Shown piece after piece: positions 41,628 through 51,613 of a stretch of 64,000 nt of DNA. A program made the position numbers and the translations under genes. The stretch is taken from contig MU004240.1 of the NCBI GenBank assembly GCA_010405405.1, positions 1,374,814 through 1,438,813 on the forward strand. Direction: 5' to 3'. The notes beneath the pieces are model-generated. The model saw nothing but the letters and a program-made list of their open reading frames with translations, did not search any database and was not told the DNA's origin. Origin of the DNA: Microthyrium microscopicum. Its lineage: Eukaryota. Every line of letters begins with the position of its first letter. The stretch's first letter is position 1.

Positions 41628-42109
41628 AATAAGGATTTAATATAAAGTAAGTATAAGTAGTAAACGTAAGCGCTAAAAAGTCTTAAAACAAAGTATAGAT
41701 AGGTCGTAAAGGTATAATAAGTAATTTAGAAAAAGGAGTAGAAAGTCTAATTTATTATAGTTTATCTTTAAGGCTTATTATAATATAGTAAAATAAATAA
41801 AGTCTTACTATAGATATAGTAGTAGAGAGAAGTAGTAGTAGTAAAGAAAGATTATTAACCTATAAGTCTAGTAAGATAGAAGTTCTAAGTTAACTAGGGT
41901 CCTTTAAGCCCTTTAATTAGATACTAGAAGTCTAAGCTTCTAATAAAATTAAGGATTAAGAGTTTACGTATTTACTACGCTAATAGGTTAGATCTACTAG
42001 GATCTAAAAATAGGATTCTATATTTATATAGGTAAATATATTAAATCTTTAGATTTTAATATACTAAAAATTAGGATTATTTTTTAAATAGTATAAGGTA
42101 TTAGTTTTA

Positions 42110-42311
42110 TATTAGAGACTTATAGACGTAAGAGTATAAGCTAATAGTAAATATAATTTAAGAAAACTAATATAAAGAATCTAAAAAAGAGAGCAAGGAA
42201 TAATTATAAATAAGCTATACTAAATAATCCTTAGGCGCTAAGCCCTTAGCATTACGTAATAAGGAATGCTAATAATGTTACAATAGGATTAATAGTAGTA
42301 GATCCGTAACA
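42110..42311 (-). repeat. 5' LTR of retrotransposon A
   Basis: Ends GATCCGTAACA, followed by TSD CTCTT. Confidence 0.9.
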
Positions 42312-44742
42312 CTCTTCTTATCCTAGTTACTACTTCTACTTCCTATTAGATACTATCTTAGTTAGTTTATTATTATAAAGTAGATAGTAGTTACGATATA
42401 TCCTTTTTATTCTAGGTTATAAGTTATATATTACTATTATTCTCTAAGTAGTTTAATGTATAGTAGCTAATAAGTATTAATATTAATGTCTTCTTTAGGT
42501 AAATATATAGCTATATCTACTTAGGTTAGTATTATAGATTAATATAGCTATCTACTCTATACTAGCTCTAAATAGATATATAGCTATCTCTATTTAGGTA
42601 GGCGTTAATGTTAATTACTTATTAGCTCTACTATTAAATTAACTATAAAGTAACTTACTTTATAATATATAGCGTAGGTATATAGAGCTTATTATAACTA
42701 CTATTTACCTAGTAATAATTTTGCCTAAGATGTTATCTACTATAAGTCGTAGTAATTAACTATTAATCTAGATATAAGCTAACTTCTTCTAGGATTAAGT
42801 TAGATAATTGCCTTACTATTATATGCTTAAACTTTATTAAGTACTAGTATAGATCTATTAAGTCTTATAGCTATATTTAATAGATTATAGTTTATAAGCT
42901 TAATGAATCTAACTCGTTGCGATTATTCTTCTTAATTAACCTAGTTATACTAGTCCTTAGTAATAATAGTACTATCTACTACGATGCTATAATAAACTAT
43001 CTAGTTATATAGATTAATAAGTTAGAAGTATGCTATCTATAGTTAATTATTATACTTTCTTCTAATTATTATAACTAGAATAACGTTATTTTTATTAGTA
43101 TTCCTATTATTACTATATAGCAATTATATATATTGCCTTACACTATAAATAATAATAGCTATCTTACTTACTATACTAAGGGATTAGATAGCAATAATAT
43201 TCTTTATATTAATTAGAATATTACCTTAATATAAGTTTATTTAGTTAGGAATGATTTATATAGTCTTAGGATTAAATAGAATTAATATAGTAGTGTTATG
43301 TTTGTATTAAAAGTTAATTATTAATCTTGTAATTTAATTATAGTAGATTAATAGATTTAATTAATTAATAGGTAGTAGTTAGATACCTAAGCTATAGGGT
43401 AATAAAATAAATGCCTTACTAAAATATACCTATTTCCTAAGGTATATAGCCTAAATTAGCCTAATCTAAGGGCTAACTAGTAGATCTAATAAAATTTAGC
43501 GCTAGGCTAAAAGAGGTATCTAGAGGCTTAAATCTTACTTAGAAGCTTTATAGATACTCTAGGGATACTTCTTAGTTCCTTTGTAAATTGTTAATTTTAT
43601 TATAATCCTTAAAACGTAGCTAAAGATCTATAACTCTTACCCTCTAAAAAATTAGTAAGACTTTATTTACGCTAGATATTTAATTGCTATTAGATATCTA
43701 TATATATTAGATATCTATATTTTAGCTAGCCTCTATGGTATACCCTTTCTCCATGGAGTATAGAATTTATAGTATTCTCTATAAAGTATCTACGAACCCT
43801 CCACTACCTACATACTAGCGCTTATTTGATATTGATTCTATTGTACTCTACGTACTATACCCCTTGACCATCTACAACATCATTCCATCTTCAACTTGCA
43901 TCCACCATCTCAATAAATCTTCAAGATCTTCATTTGTAACAAACACGCTCGAAGTTTTCTCAGAGTCATTGTGGAAGGCATCTATCGTATGGATTGTCGC
44001 CTGCGCTTGTGCGCCGATATCGAATCAACGCACCCATATTCGCTTCTTGATGTGGCAAGTCGCTCAGAGCTGTGCCAACATACACCGCCTCACCGAGGAA
44101 GACATGCGAGACTAAAGGATTGTGTAAGAATACATCAGTCAAGGCTATTTGAACCTTGATTGCGAGCATATCAGCACAAGCTCAACAGACCTTTTCTGAA
44201 TAAGCCAGCAGCTCGTCTGTCAACTCGGCCGCAACCATGCCAGCCTACGATACATGGTCGATATTACTTACGCAGTCCTCACAGCGTAAGGCGACAATCT
44301 AACCCAGATAAAGTTCTAGACCCGTGCGTAGACTGGCCCTGTAATGGGTCGACCCATCCACTCATTTCATAGCACTCTCCGAACAACCCTAGTGCGCATC
44401 AAAGACTGTATGGAAGCTATATCCAAAAATCCTGTCATTTCCACTAAGATATTTACGACCCACGTGAAGTTGGAAGGCTCATGCTTGATACCTTACGAGC
44501 TTCCCCACTCGCATATTGGTACTTGAGCCTGGATGATTGTTACTTACGATAGAATCTGTATGGATCGACAGCTCGCGATGACATTTAATTTGCTATTGCT
44601 TACTATAGGGCGTTTGAAGGGCGCCCCAGCATTTAATATAGAATCATGGAATCTTGATATATTCTTCGCGTGTTCCACATCTTGTCAGATCTTGAGCTAG
44701 CCGTAGTCTTTCCTTCATTTTCTATTTCTCGGTCCAAATAAG

Positions 44743-46005
44743 ATGAAGTCGCTTATCCTATCGCTTGCTGTTGCAGCAAATGTTGCCAGCGCTACCAAAT
44801 TCGTTTCCGCGCCAGAGGGATGGACTCAATCATTGAACCTAAAGACCAAGGTCACATATGACATTCCACGTCTTTCCAGCAGAGATGTCCTTCCACCTAA
44901 GATCCAGCAACTAAAGAGTCGCAACCCTCACATTCCCGGATCAAAGACCGTCAAAGTTCGATATGGACCATATACAGTTCCAGGTGCTCGAGTTCCTGGA
45001 GGCGAGGGTATGATCGAGAACAGACCAAGCATGTCCGTGGATAAGCCATGCCAGAATTGCATGCTTCTAGGAATGAACGCTGGTCTCGAATATCCAGACG
45101 GATCCGATGCCAACACAAACACAATGATGTGGCTTCATCATATGGTGATGTTCAACATCGGAAAGGGTGCATGGGATGCAACCTGTACCATCATCGGCGC
45201 GCCACACTTGATTGTCGGCTCCCTACCTTCATCATCAGAACGATTCTTCAGCTCTGGCAACGAGCGAACAACCACCTTCTTTAACCCTCCCTGGGCTAAT
45301 GTTACCAACCTCGGATACCCAATCTACCCAGCCGATCGCTTCGGCATCATCGTCGACCTTATGAACATGAACAACGAAGCCAAACCAGCCTACCTAACAA
45401 TCTACTACGATTTCGTCGATGACCACCCTGCCACCTTTGACGAAGTCAAGCCCGTCTGGCTCGATGCCTTCCAATGCATGACATCCGAACTCTCCGGCCG
45501 CACCGCCAATGCTAAGTTCGACTTTGCCGCATCCCCCTGGATCACAAACTTTGAAGGCGAAGTCCTCGGTGCTGGCGGCCACTTGCACGACGGTGGCACA
45601 CATCTCGACCTCGAGGTTGACAAACAGCTTGTATGCACTTCAACTCCAACGTACGGCACGGACGAGCAGGCGCTGGCAAGAGCAGATATCGGGAAAGCAG
45701 GTGGCATTGCGCCGCTGCCAAAGGTATCGAACGAGACAGCGCACGTTGCGCCAAAGGGTGGCCATGGGCATGGAAGCCAGCATATTATTGCGATGAGTAT
45801 TTGCGCAGACAACAAGGCTGGCGTGAAGGAGTTGCCGATTTCGCCGCTCAAGGTCAGCAAGCTTGTCAAGGGCCAGAGCTGGGTGCTCAAGGCGTACTAT
45901 GACTATAACTTGCATCCGGGCATGAAGAGCAATTCTGGTGGAATGAGCACCGTGATGGGTATTTCGATTATGTATGCGAAGACGGCGACGAAGCGTGTGG
46001 CTTAG
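44743..46005 (+). CDS. Secreted protein with putative PHM/DBH-type copper monooxygenase ligands (SURNod19-like fold candidate)
   Basis: Intronless 420-aa ORF with signal peptide MKSLILSLAVAANVASA, motifs WLHHMV, GGHLHDGG and C-terminal VMGI, and several Cys. The gene itself is clear; the function is inferred. Confidence 0.75.
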   Translation: MKSLILSLAVAANVASATKFVSAPEGWTQSLNLKTKVTYDIPRLSSRDVLPPKIQQLKSRNPHIPGSKTVKVRYGPYTVPGARVPGGEGMIENRPSMSVDKPCQNCMLLGMNAGLEYPDGSDANTNTMMWLHHMVMFNIGKGAWDATCTIIGAPHLIVGSLPSSSERFFSSGNERTTTFFNPPWANVTNLGYPIYPADRFGIIVDLMNMNNEAKPAYLTIYYDFVDDHPATFDEVKPVWLDAFQCMTSELSGRTANAKFDFAASPWITNFEGEVLGAGGHLHDGGTHLDLEVDKQLVCTSTPTYGTDEQALARADIGKAGGIAPLPKVSNETAHVAPKGGHGHGSQHIIAMSICADNKAGVKELPISPLKVSKLVKGQSWVLKAYYDYNLHPGMKSNSGGMSTVMGISIMYAKTATKRVA

Positions 46006-46263
46006 TCTTGCTCTGAAAATGGGATTAGCACATTTTGTTTGCTTTCATTGTATATATTCTCACATTGAAGTATATTTGTTGATTGAATTGTTCAATACTA
46101 TGGATATCATTCCTCGTGAAAACAACTCTTGAAGACAAGCTGGTCGCTGAAGGGTTATCATGATGTCTTGGTATGTAGCCAGCAGAACAATCAAGAGGCA
46201 TCAGTACCTCAATTCTCGAATGAATATGTGGCCATGAAGCTTTGAAAATAAACCGTTCGGCGC

Positions 46264-46830
46264 TCAGTCATCATCATGAATAATAATCCCCACCTCTTCA
46301 ACAACACCAACACCAGCATCTCTCTCAACCTCCGGCGTCGCCGATTGCACCGCTCTCTTATTCGACGGCACCGTCAACTTCACACCACTCTTCTCCTCTT
46401 CCTTTCCACCCTTCTTCCCATTATTCTTCTTCTTCTCCCTCCGCTTTTTATTTCTCCCCGTCTTCGCCTCATCCCGTTTTCGACGTTCCTCCTGCTCCTT
46501 TTCCCATTCCGCGTCCTCTACCTCCTTCTTCGTCTCCTCCTCCATGCCCCTCACGCGCTCCAGTTCGCGCCGCCGACTCGCTTTGTATACATGGAATTCG
46601 CCGGACCCTGCACCGGCGCTGGAACCAGCGACATTGGTGACGATCTCGGGTGGTAGGGCGAGTGATTTGGAGGATGTGGTTGGGAGTGCGACGGGCCGGT
46701 CGGGTCGTGCAAAGAGAGCGTCGACTTGGGAGGCGTGATGGGAGACGGGTGTGAGGGCGCGTTTTTTGAGAGGGCGATTGCTTTGGCTGGAGATGGAGGT
46801 TGGTATTGATTCTGGGCCTGGTTCTGACAT
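46264..46830 (-). CDS. PRKRIP1 (DUF1168) homologue, spliceosome-associated
   Basis: Signature PPEIVTNVAGSSAGAGSGEFHVYKASRRRE followed by a Lys/Glu-rich coiled coil. Confidence 0.92.
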   Translation of the reverse strand: MSEPGPESIPTSISSQSNRPLKKRALTPVSHHASQVDALFARPDRPVALPTTSSKSLALPPEIVTNVAGSSAGAGSGEFHVYKASRRRELERVRGMEEETKKEVEDAEWEKEQEERRKRDEAKTGRNKKRREKKKNNGKKGGKEEEKSGVKLTVPSNKRAVQSATPEVERDAGVGVVEEVGIIIHDDD

Positions 46831-48051
46831 TTTCGTAGTTGGGTTTGTGGTGTCGATGAGGATGAGGGGATTCGTGTGGTTGATGAAGTAATTTTGTTTT
46901 GTGGTGGATGAACTGAGAAGTTAGTTGGTGGTGGAGGAAGTGCTGGGATGTCGCGATTGGGATGTCACGATTAGGCTGCAAGGCGTATCGCTTCAGATCA
47001 ATACATTTGCTATTAGAGATTATAGTTGTCAATTGCATATTTGGATCGAGTTTCAATCCAGCCGGCTATTTTATTTTCGAGTAATTTTCTCCCACTCGAT
47101 CGCTGACCAAAATGGCGACTCAAAACGCCACCATTTCCCTAAAGCTGGGACGTGATGTCAAGTTGCAGCACTCATTGTTCAACAACTCCTCATCCTCAAC
47201 TTTTCAATACTCGTCGTTACCTTGTTTTTTATCCTCATTTTTACCGTTCTCGTTGCTTGCTTTGCCAGACTCATCCTCGAATAGATCACAGACACTAGCT
47301 TGCTTCTTCTCTGCTTGACGAGCATGGGGCGGCTTTATGCGACAAGCTTTAGGTACTAATGTATACAAGATCTATTCCAGGAAACCACTCGACTAGGCGG
47401 TAAACCGACTGATATGCTCCTATTGAGTATATAAGGTTGTCTACACAACTCGGTGCTGCGTTTCCCATGAAATGCGTAAATGACTCAAGTCCCCATCGAA
47501 TCTGTTGGGAATCAAAGTATGTTTTCTTTTAATAGTACGATGGAAACATATTAGCTGATGGGAGCGAGCCATTGATTTTGTATCCCTTACTGTATGGAGC
47601 AAATCTTTGTGACCTTATCCGTATTTCTGATTTTTTTGTTTCCTTGTCAATGAACAACCATCATGTACATAAATTGACCATCAACTGCAATGTTTGCTAC
47701 AACGTTTCGTGTGAATAGACTGTTCCATTTTCCACCGCACGTGATGGTTCATGGTAGATTCGAAGATAGGAACATTTTAACAGCATGAAAGAGACATAGT
47801 GATAGTTTGCGCTTTCAAGCTTTTGGATGGAATAAATCCGGGCCTGTGGCCAATCGCGGCGTAGAGAAGTCGAGCGTTGCTATCGCCCAAATTGGTTTAG
47901 CGCTGTCCATAGGGCTGATGTGGTTCACCACGCGCGTGGCGCGCTAAGTCACTTTCAAGATCACCAAGCTAACCTCACTTTTCTGCGCACGACTTTGTTA
48001 CTCCCATCGCTTCCTTACTCCCAACAACAACAACAACACTTTCCATCCTCT

Positions 48052-48100
48052 CAAACTCCAAACTCCAAACTCCAAACTCCAAACTCCAAACTCCAAACTC
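48052..48100. repeat. (CAAACTC)7 perfect heptanucleotide repeat about 90 bp upstream of ATG 48189
   Basis: Seven exact copies counted. Confidence 0.95.
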
Positions 48101-48188
48101 CAATTCCCAATTTTCCAATCTCCCGATCTCCCATTCTCGCAGTTTGCCTACCTAATTCCCACAATACCTCTCTCACAACACTACAACA

Positions 48189-49784
48189 ATGCCTCGTCTT
48201 ACGCGTGCTAGAGCGGCTGCGCTTGGCCAACCAGTCCTCAATAATAACGTTGGCACTCCGCCTGATCTTGTCTTCAAGCGAGAAGCGCGACGTCGTAAGG
48301 CAGCATCTCAATTAGAAGATGAGGATGAAAGCCCTTCTCTTACTAGAGTAAAGCGCGTGAAAATAAGCCCGCCAGAGCCAAAACTGGCAACACCTACCAG
48401 TCACTCTTCAACGCCAAAAAAATTGGCAACACCCTCCAGCTATTCTTCAGCGCCAAAATTGGCAACACCCTCTAGCTACTCTTCACCGCCAAAACTGGCA
48501 GCACCTCCTCCTCCATCAACGCCGCCAAAATTGGCAAACATTCCTCCCGCATCCACACCTCTCTCCTCCCGCATTGGGAAAGTAATTACTTCTGCAGCCA
48601 AGAGCATGTGGTCGAAATACCGGAATAGGCAGCATCAGGTCGACACTGAGGCCTTTGAGCCTGAATTGTCACCTAGTGTAGGTAACAACAGCCTCAAACG
48701 TAAATTACAAGTGGGGGCAACATACACGGTGCCCGAACCAGAAGTCAACACTTCTCCATCTCCTCCTCCATCTCCTCCACCAGCAACAATGTCTCCTCCT
48801 AGAGTAGGTCGTACCTACGAACTCATCTATCCTGATTCTTCAGAAGAAGAGGAAGAGGAGGATTCCTCCGTACCATATAGCCCTTCATTACTCGAACGGC
48901 CAACAGCACTTAACAACCCATTTTGCCTATCTCATGCCAACGGCAATGTCTTCGGCGATCTACCACAATTTGGGCTCTCTCAATACGTTCCTCCACCCTC
49001 GCGATCCGTCAATTGGACCAATGATAAGGTCGATAATGCCGCATCTCCTGGGCCAAATACGCCTCCAAAGTATTCCAATGTGTCTACTGAAGCGCCAAAG
49101 TCTGCTCTCAAACCCAAAACCCCTGGTAATAAAGGCGGAGAACCTATCGCATCTCAGCCAGCTTCTCCATCATCCGCCACGCCATCATCTCAGCGAATAC
49201 AGACCACCCAACCATTCTCTCAGCAACCCCTTTCTCCTTTCCAGCCCACTGGACAAACCCCCACAGATGGAGCTCGATCCAGAATGTCGACGCATCAACT
49301 CGAGTCTTACGAGCGCAAGATGAGCGAAGTCAACAAGTATGCTCCAAAGCAACCTTCTGGCCTTCGAACTGTCGCTCGCAATTCCAATACATCTATTTCT
49401 CCTGGCAGCGAGGCAAGTTCTGGCATCTTGGCACGTAACACTGTCAACACCGGTACCCAAACGCCCGCGCTATCACAGCAGCCATCGAGCGATCACCAGC
49501 CGATTTCTTCCATTTCCAAGGCCATTGCTCCTGCGGCTCCAAAGCTGTTCTTTGTGGAAAGCATGGAACTTCGACTTCCGCTTCCTCCTACTAACCTGAC
49601 TTATTCTCCTGAAGGTGGTTTGATCCCTAGCACTACTTCTCTCCTTTCTGACATCTTGTCTTTCATTGAGTCTTATCCATGTTCATCTGATGCTAACATA
49701 TTTCCTGTAGAACGCTGTATGATTCCGGATCAATCGGGTCTATTCGAAAGCGAACTAAGGGCGCTTGTCGAGGCTATTGATTGA
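48189..49784 (+). CDS. Hypothetical Pro/Ser/Thr-rich, largely disordered protein with five ~12-aa KLA-x repeats
   Basis: 531-aa intronless ORF. Basic NLS-like segments (RRRK, KRVKI), repeats KLATPSSYSSxP at ~48381-48560, an acidic SSEEEEEED tract and many S/T-P sites. Confidence 0.75.
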   Translation: MPRLTRARAAALGQPVLNNNVGTPPDLVFKREARRRKAASQLEDEDESPSLTRVKRVKISPPEPKLATPTSHSSTPKKLATPSSYSSAPKLATPSSYSSPPKLAAPPPPSTPPKLANIPPASTPLSSRIGKVITSAAKSMWSKYRNRQHQVDTEAFEPELSPSVGNNSLKRKLQVGATYTVPEPEVNTSPSPPPSPPPATMSPPRVGRTYELIYPDSSEEEEEEDSSVPYSPSLLERPTALNNPFCLSHANGNVFGDLPQFGLSQYVPPPSRSVNWTNDKVDNAASPGPNTPPKYSNVSTEAPKSALKPKTPGNKGGEPIASQPASPSSATPSSQRIQTTQPFSQQPLSPFQPTGQTPTDGARSRMSTHQLESYERKMSEVNKYAPKQPSGLRTVARNSNTSISPGSEASSGILARNTVNTGTQTPALSQQPSSDHQPISSISKAIAPAAPKLFFVESMELRLPLPPTNLTYSPEGGLIPSTTSLLSDILSFIESYPCSSDANIFPVERCMIPDQSGLFESELRALVEAID

Positions 49785-49947
49785 GTTTCTCTTCTATTAT
49801 TCTCTCTCGTTTCAAAGGTTTCCCTGTTGCTGTTTTTCTGGAAGGGCACGCATAGTTGGTCCATCCTAATGATCACTGCTAATGTAATGATAATGACATG
49901 TTTCATATGAAGTTTCTCCGGTGATGTCCCAAAATGTTCTCGTGATT

Positions 49948-50785
49948 AACTCCCATCAACTGCGATGGCTACCATCTCCCCTTTTAGATAGAAAATGCCG
50001 TATATCCCGTAGTATCCGATCATCTGAGGACATTCAACACCAAAGGTTTGTGGCAGGGTTTCAATCTACCTGTTTTTGTGGTAAACCAACTCCCATCAAC
50101 GGCGATGGCTACTCTACTATCGATCCTTTCAAATAAATGATGCTATTTTTACCATCGTAGTCGATCAACTCAGAACATCAAAAACCACCTGCTCTATAAG
50201 ACATCTCTGATCCACTTATTGTGTGGTAAATAGCTCACTCCCAACTCCCAACTCCCATCAGCGTCAATGATAGCCATCGATCCCTTTGAATAGAACAGGC
50301 TGTAAGTCCCATCGAGTTTGATGATTTGTGATACGGAACCGCGTTGATGAGGTATCAATTCAAAGTCCTCGAACGTTAAACCTCCGGTATATCCTTGTAA
50401 TGAATGCGTGCCATCAACATCGATGGCAACCATCAACCCCTTTGAATAGAAGATGTCAGAATCCCCATCGTACTCGACAACTCGGAGCATCAAAGACCAC
50501 CTGTTCCCTAGCATCTCCGATTTACTTATTGTTATGGTGACTGATTCTCACTCCCAACCCCCAACTTTCCATTGACGTCAATGGTAGCCATCTTATTCTT
50601 TCCGACAGAACATGCTATATTTCCATGAAGTTCGATGATGTTAGTATCTGAACGCCATCTGCGGCACACCTCTCATCTATCGTTGTGATGTATGCTTCTA
50701 ATCGACGGTGGTTGCTATCATCAATCCTCATGAATAGATGATGCTATGTCCCCATCGAAGTAGATAAATCATCAAGGTCTAACAA
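49948..50785. repeat. Degenerate tandem array of about six 135-165 bp units, possibly the relic of a minus-strand repeat-protein gene
   Basis: A core CCATCAAC..CGATGGC.ACCATC...CCTTTGAATAGAA.ATGCT....CCCATCG recurs near 49953, 50093, 50255, 50411, 50569 and 50700. The minus-strand ORF 50194-50514 reads the motif DGxxxxFYSKGxMxxIDxDG twice. Confidence 0.75.
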
Positions 50786-51613
50786 GCTTCTATTGCGCAT
50801 GGTCCCTTAATGCGTAAGCTCGCCTATAGTGCTTAGGATTGTGACTGATGAAGTCTCCAGATGGGCCTTTATATAGTGGGTCTGCACCCAGTAATGATAC
50901 AACAGTAGTTGCAATGGCGTGTTTATCCTAAGTATCGTTCTTTCTTGATGTGATATGATGGTGATCTCGGAAGAAAGTGTAGTTGAGCAGGTAGTCTTGG
51001 TGGCCAGCACTGGGACGTCATATAAGAGATCTAGAAACAAGCAAACTTCCCAATCGACTCTGGGTTCAATCGTGCTACTTCACTTCGGATGAATAGGGAC
51101 GAAGAAGAAGAATGAGGCGTGTAAAGCAAACAAAAGATGGTTACCTTCATGCTCTTGTGCTCTCGAGCTCACACGCGACGTGGAATCTGGATGGAAGGGA
51201 AGAAGCCAGCGTACTATGTATGCCTACATCAACTGTATGTCTCTAGACTCATCCGCTCTTCTACTCGTGAGTGATACCTATCAAAGCGTGTGTTGGAGTT
51301 GGGGATTGACATCACTGTATGATGGTGAATGATGTAGTTGTGATGATTGTCAAGGATGTGCCTCTGTAAAGTGCATCCCAAGGTCGCCACCAAGACTCTT
51401 CAACAGTTCTCCCCGCAGCCGCCTCAACGCTTAGACGACACTCTATACTCTACTCACCGAACATCATCCTCTACATCCTGTATCACTTCAATAGTCCTCA
51501 CTCATTCTTCTCCTTTACATTTCAAAGCCCACTCTCACCAATCAGGTCCGAGTTCATGACGTTTGGGCTGCTTACTTAGCCACTATGCGCCTTGCGCGGC
51601 CTTTGTCAAGACC

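Larger units (their letters stand above)
27259..42311 (-). mobile_element. Ty3/gypsy LTR retrotransposon A (RIPed, ~7.4 kb excluding nested element B)
   Basis: Matching 202-bp LTRs at 27259-27460 and 42110-42311. 5-bp TSD CTCTT at 27254-27258 and 42312-42316. Minus-strand polypurine tract (forward CTTCCCCCTCT, ~27464-27474). RT motif YLDDVL (RIPed to YLNNVL) on the minus strand at ~30472-30489. Confidence 0.9.
18568..43863 (+). mobile_element. Large RIP-degenerated DNA transposon (~10 kb without nested inserts) with a CACTA/EnSpm-like transposase; termini approximate
   Basis: Sharp AT-rich boundaries with imperfect inverted similarity at both ends: ATCAAATAAGCG (18568-18579) vs CGCTTATTTGAT (43819-43830), AGGGGTAT (18581) vs ATACCCCT (43857), and CCRTGGAG-N12-ATAGAG in inverted orientation. 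Internal transposase remnant. No TSD identified. Confidence 0.6.

Noticed and set aside
18632..43763. CC(G/A)TGGAGTATAG at both borders read as a long target-site duplication
   Set aside because: The right copy overlaps the palindrome CTCCATGGAG and lies inside the wider inverted similarity, so it fits a subterminal motif better; not fully excluded.
18568..43863. Starship-type giant element
   Set aside because: No tyrosine-recombinase (DUF3435 captain) remnant recognised at either end and no intact cargo. The size is explained by two nested LTR elements, and the decodable enzyme is DDE-type.
43864..44526. Short overlapping ORFs right of the AT block
   Set aside because: 60-83 aa, mostly non-ATG starts, no recognisable motif or coherent splice model.
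49948..50785. CRISPR array
   Set aside because: Eukaryotic context, no cas genes, cores are long and degenerate, and the spacers are related to each other.
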